From: the human T2T-CHM13v2.0 reference genome, Homo sapiens
Strand: one strand, 5' to 3'
Length of the DNA stretch: 64,000 bases
NCBI RefSeq assembly: GCF_009914755.1
Contig: NC_060943.1
Under the pieces are notes generated by a model. It was not told the DNA's origin and made no database searches. It saw only the letters and a program-made list of their open reading frames with translations. A program made the translations under genes and the position numbers. Of this stretch, positions 59,199 through 64,000 are shown piece by piece (positions within the stretch are counted from its first letter, which is position 1; each line of letters begins with the position of its first letter).

Positions 59199-60401
59199 GC
59201 CGAGAAAAGCACACCTTTGGCCTGGGCCTGGGTGTGCCGGGTGAGCCATCCCGGCCGAGGCACCTGCTGGTCTTGGTGCGGTGCTGCCCACAGCTCCTCC
59301 CTGGGCCCTGCAGGAAGCTCCACACTGGCCCCTCAGGCCTCGGGCTGTGAGTGCTGGGAGCTCCGTGTCTTCCCATACGAGTCCTTCCGGGATCTGCGTG
59401 ATCGGCCTCAGAGCCATGGGCTGAGACAGACCCTTCTCTGGAGAAGGCTTGGCGTTTGCCATTCATTTGCTCCTCCAACCTCCAGTTTCCTCACTATGAA
59501 GTGCGGCCGTTACGCCATGTGAGCCTGTGCCTCCCGCTGACTTGGTGTGACCCAGGCTCGGGACAGCCGCCAGAGTCCCTCACAAGGAACAGGTGGCTAC
59601 CAGCTTTGAGGGCCGGCCCTGCCCTGCCTGGGTGCAACATTGCACTGGGCAGCCTGCAGGTACCTCGGAGCCACCAAGCAGGCACTCAGCTGCTCCCTTT
59701 ATAGAGGTGCAGAGGCCAGGACCTGGGGGAGCAATGGTCCGACAAGCCCCCTGTCTTCACAGCCCAGCAGGGACCTCCCCCCTCCTGAGGCAGCCTCCAG
59801 CAGCTCCCCCTGCTGCTGAGGTGAGGGGGTCCCACCTCTGAGGACCGGCCGGGGGCTGTAGAGGTGGAGTCCCCCGGGTGGGAGCTGGGACTGTGGCTCC
59901 CTGGCTCTGCAGCCTGCAGTCCGCGCAGGCTCCTGCGGGGCTCTGGGGCGTCGGGGTCTCCTTGGTGGCTGGCACCGGCGCCTCGCAGTCTCATCTGCCT
60001 CACCTGCCCGTAGTCCCGCAGTCACAGGGCTGGGCTCAAACCTGGGCCTTTAGGGCGGCCCAGAGCGCGAGCGGCTTCCACATTGTCCAGCCGGAGGCTC
60101 AGCCACTTCTGTTCATGGGCTCAGCCTGGGATTTCAGTGGGGGCTGATGGCGGGAGCCACCTCGGGAGTTTGGGGAGTTCGGGGCTCTGCTGGCCCCTCA
60201 GTGCACACCCCCGCTCTGAGATTCTGATGAAAGGCACCTGCGCTCTCCCACCTGTGCTGATGCAGGCGGCCCCCGGGCCTCCCTGGGAACCTGGAAGGGG
60301 TTGCTCCGAGGCCCCCCTGGGCGAGGGTGTGCAGACTCCTGGGGTCCTCTGCCTTCCTCCCTGGGTCCCCACCCGGCCACAGTGCCCTGTCTCCTCGGCA
60401 G

Positions 60402-60563
60402 GTTGGCATGGATTACAGAAGCTGCATCCTGAGACCCGGCGGTTCCGAGGATGCCAGCGCCATGCTGAGGCGCTTCCTGGGCCGTGACCCCAAGCAGGAC
60501 GCCTTCCTCCTGAGCAAGGGGCTGCAGGTCGGGGGCTGCGAGCCCGAGCCGCAGGTCTGCTGA
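60402..60563 (+). CDS. THOP1: THOP1 exon 13 coding part, stop TGA 60561-60563
   Basis: [53 protein letters not shown]; GGCAG| acceptor. Confidence 0.98.
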   Translation, partial: VGMDYRSCILRPGGSEDASAMLRRFLGRDPKQDAFLLSKGLQVGGCEPEPQVC

Positions 60564-60864
60564 GGCCTGGCACTGCGACTGCCCAGTCTGGCCTGCGCTC
60601 CCGCCGCCCTGGTGCCTTAGCCCCCGGCACAGGATGGGGCAGGCTCTGGCACAGTGCCTGGGACTGGCAGGGTGGCTGAGCGGCTGTCTTGCCTCTTGTC
60701 ATTGTCTGTCCCCACCCGGTCGTGGCCCACCCGGCTAGAGACGGCGTCCTCAAGGCATCTGGAGGGCTTTCGTGGCTGCCAGGGCCTGGTCTTTGTTGCA
60801 CTAACACGTCTCCTCTCTGGGAAACGTCCCTTGTCAGGAGACGGCTCTTCTTTGAAATGAGGTC

Positions 60865-60870
60865 ATTAAA
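60865..60870 (+). terminator. THOP1: THOP1 proximal poly(A) signal ATTAAA
   Basis: About 300 nt after the stop; U-rich GCTTTTTTGGT downstream (~60920). Confidence 0.75.
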
Positions 60871-62069
60871 AGGAAACAGAAAAAGAGAGAGGCTCCCTGG
60901 CCTGGTCACTGGCTCCTGCGCTTTTTTGGTCCGAGGACGGTGGGACGGCGGGTCAGGGTCCAGCCCTCGGGCTGTTGCCACACCAGGCCCTGGATTGGGG
61001 CTCAGGTCCTTGTGGGGGCGGGGGGTGGGGGAGTAAAGGGCTGGGAACCAGTTCTGCCAGCCAGGCCGGCCTGGGGGGTCTGAGAGACTTCGGCTTCCTG
61101 CATGCTTCTCACCTGTTGTCATTCTGGAACATTCCCCCCGCCCTGCTCAGCTCTGGCCATCAAGGACCAGGCTCCACTGGTCAGAGAGTCTGGAAAGTCA
61201 GGGCAGGCCCTGTGCGCACAGGCAGCCGGGGCGGGGCTGGGGGTCAGCAGCTGCCCACCCTCTCATCCACAGGGGAAGGCCGGGCTCACTCCAGCTTCCT
61301 AGGCAGAGTCTCTGGGGGTTCCTGTTGGACACAAGTGAACCAGGTGAACCAGGGCAGCTGCTGGAAGCTCGGCCATGGCCCTCATCCTCATGGCCTTGGG
61401 GACTGCCTGTGCCTGCCCTCCCTGGCGGCCCCACTCCCCTGGCTGTGGGCAACATGGCAAAGTCTTGATCGGGGGTGCAGGGTCGGGGGGGCGCTTCCTG
61501 GACCCTCCAACAGTGCTCAGAGATGCCTCAGGGATAGCTGTCGGCTGTGTCCCCACCTCCCGAGCAAGACAAGTGGATGCTCCCCGTCTCTTCAGTCCCA
61601 GTGCTCTGATGTTTTCTCCCGCGACTGTGAGTTTCTCAGGAGCCCCCCTCGTGCCCTGGGAGCGTCCCTCCCCAGTCTTAGTCCTCCACGAAGGACGCTG
61701 GTCAGCAGAACCTGTGACCCTGCTTCCCGAGGCCTATGGGTGGCCAGACATCCGCCTCGTCCTCACCTCCATTTGGACAGGACTCCGAGGGCTGTGCCAT
61801 CTGCTTCAGCCCCTCCTGTCCCATTCCCACCCAGCCCAGGTCAGTGTGGCTGTGGCCACTGCCATGGGGCCTGCTTTGCACCTTACGCACGCCTGGCTCT
61901 GCTCCATGCACCTGCTTCTGTGTCTTTCCAACTCTGGGGGCTAAGGGGTGAGTCTTGTCTTTGCAGAGCTGGACGGCACAGCCTGTGGCCAGGAGGGTTA
62001 TGCCAGCGAGGCGGGAATCCATAAGTGGGAACACCACAGTGGTCACGTTTCAGATACTCACAGCTCAGA

Positions 62070-62362
62070 GCGGGTCCCATAGCTTGCACCTGAAGCCCCA
62101 ACTACTCAGGAGGCTGAGGCGGAAGGATTGCTTGAGCCCAGGAGGGCAAGGCCAGCCTGGGCAACGTGGCAAGACCCCATCTCTAAAAAAAATAAGTTCG
62201 GTGGGTGTGGGGCCAGTGCCTGTGGTCTGTTTTTTGGGAGGCTGAGGCAGGAGGATCGCTTGAGCCTAGGAGGTCAAGGCTGCAGTAAGCCGTGATCCCA
62301 CCACTGCACTGCAGCCTGGGCAACAGAGCAAGACTGTCTCTAAAATAACAATAATAATAAAA
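62070..62362 (+). mobile_element. Old AluJ-like element in the extended THOP1 3'UTR
   Basis: Two degenerate arms with (AAT)n tail. Confidence 0.85.
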
Positions 62363-63071
62363 TACCTGGGGTTCAGAAAAGAAAAGCTGGAAGGCAAAGC
62401 CGACCGCACTGGGCAGAGGTGGAGATGGCAAGTCTGGGGGCTCCCTCATCTTCCCCTGCCCCGAGCCCTCAGGTGGCCTCCACCTGGTCCCCAGCGAAGT
62501 CCCAGTTGTGCAAGAGCACCCCAGCTGGGCCCTGGGCCATCACAGCCTTGTCACACACACAGCCTGGCCCATCACAGCAGAGCTGGGGTCACAGCCTTGG
62601 GCTGCTGGGCCGTGGGCGGATGGCCTGGACCATCCACACCCCACTCCCCTGGAAGTCACCAACTGGGCTTAGTTGCCGGATACCCCAGGCAGCCCCCCGC
62701 GGTGCTTCGCAAGTTGGGCCGCCTCCCCCAGCATGTCCCCTGCTCTGTGGACACCCAGGGATGTGGAGGTAGTAGCACAGAGTCTCGGTCCAGGGCCCTG
62801 TTCCCCAGGGAGCTGGGCGTCCTCAGAGCCTTCCCAAATGCCCACACCGGGGGCACCCGGGTTTCCCCAAACACTCCAGGACAGAGCGGGGGCTTTGATC
62901 ACAGGGAGGGGGCTGCAGAGCTGCTGTGTCTCCTGGCTCCTCTGCCCCATGCTCCCCACTCAGGGCTCCAGCAGTGGGCTCAGAGGACAGTGTGGCATTA
63001 GCATCCCCTGCCCGTCCAGGTTGTCACTCTCCTTGGCCCCTTGCTGCTCCCCAGTGGAAAAAAAAGGGGGA

Positions 63072-63077
63072 AATAAA
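63072..63077 (+). terminator. THOP1: THOP1 distal poly(A) signal AATAAA
   Basis: Followed by GU-rich TGTATGTTTTGTG at ~63107-63119. Confidence 0.72.
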
Positions 63078-64000
63078 GAATCGTAAAAAATACATATATT
63101 GGAACCTGTATGTTTTGTGATCTTCGCAACATTTCTCTGTAAACTCTCCTTCTTTAGGTTTTTGACAAAACCTGAATGCAGAAGTGGTCTCCTCCCCAGT
63201 CACCCGTCCAGCCCCCGTGGGCTGTCCCCAGGTGTCCCTGGCTCTTCATCCCCACAATCCTGTCCCTGCCTGTGCTGCCTCCAACACACGCGCCCCAGGC
63301 TTTGTGCCTGTGGTTCCATTTTGGTCCTTCACGAAGTATTTCTCCAACCGAGAAGCTGCTGGGATCTCTGTGGTTGGTGGCCCCGAGCGGCCCCACTCCT
63401 CTCAAGGATGATACCAGTGGGGCCGTTGTAGGCAGGCTCCATGCTGCGGGCTGGGCAGGCGCGGTCGTCCCCATCCTCCCCATGGGACTTGTGTTACTGT
63501 CCCCGTGTCCCAGATGGGGCATCTCAGGAGCAGAGCCAGCGTCCCCCCTCCTCTCCCCAATGAGCAACACCGGCTGAAGGCCACAGCCTTGAAAGGGACA
63601 GGGGCCTCACTCTCCAGGGCTGTCCCTACTTCAAGGGACAAAATGTTTTGTGAAACTCAGTTCGATTCTGAGATTAATGGCCAGCTTGCGGGTGGTTTGA
63701 GCCCTGGGCTGGAAGGCAGGAGGTCTGGGTTCAAGTCTCCAGGTAGACAGGGCCCAGGGATGAGTTCCAGCATGGGCTAGGGGCCAGGGTGCTGCCCACG
63801 TGGCTCCCTGGGGAACTGGGCTCCCTGTGGCCATGCAGAGAGCTTTCTGGCTTTTCCAGGCTGCACCAGACCGGTGTGATGCTCTCCTCTTCAGACCCCA
63901 GACTGCCCTTGTGTGTTCCCTCTTGCCCCATCCTCAGCTCAGGAGGTCAGGGAGACGGAGCTCTGTCCCAAAGGCCATCCTGTGCCCCCGGCCACCTCTC

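Noticed and set aside
60121-62024. 333-aa (-) and 349-aa (+) ORFs around the THOP1 3'UTR
   Set aside because: GC-rich UTR sequence depleted of stops, with no protein-like features.

Overview
Human genomic DNA, GC-rich and Alu-dense. From the gene content I recognise it as the SGTA-THOP1 locus on chr19p13.3. It holds two complete genes arranged head to head, with promoters about 2.2 kb apart. SGTA is on the minus strand with 12 exons; its CDS spans 16354 to 4629 over 10 coding exons and totals 942 nt (313 aa, TPR co-chaperone). THOP1 is on the plus strand with 13 exons; its CDS spans 32950 to 60563 and totals 2070 nt (689 aa, thimet oligopeptidase, M3 zinc peptidase with HEFGH). I rebuilt both CDSs by hand: every intron is GT-AG and the phases close exactly. 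The remainder is intron filled with about 35 Alus, MaLR LTRs, MER20/MER58/Tigger DNA transposons, L1M/L2/MIR fragments and many minisatellites. There are no RNA genes, CRISPR arrays or foreign inserts, and I cannot demonstrate a wholly new system. Best leads: (1) tandem duplications that copy splice or termination signals, namely four identical donors after THOP1 exon 12, a duplicated stop+donor after SGTA exon 11 that straddles the NMD distance rule, and a VNTR with four AATAAA in SGTA intron 7; (2) possible alternative THOP1 N-termini (in-frame GUG extension, overlapping 100-aa uORF, intron-7 ATG); (3) dispersed MER20 and L1MB copies sharing the same GC-shifted substitutions. Repeat family names come from my memory of consensus sequences, and repeat boundaries are approximate.
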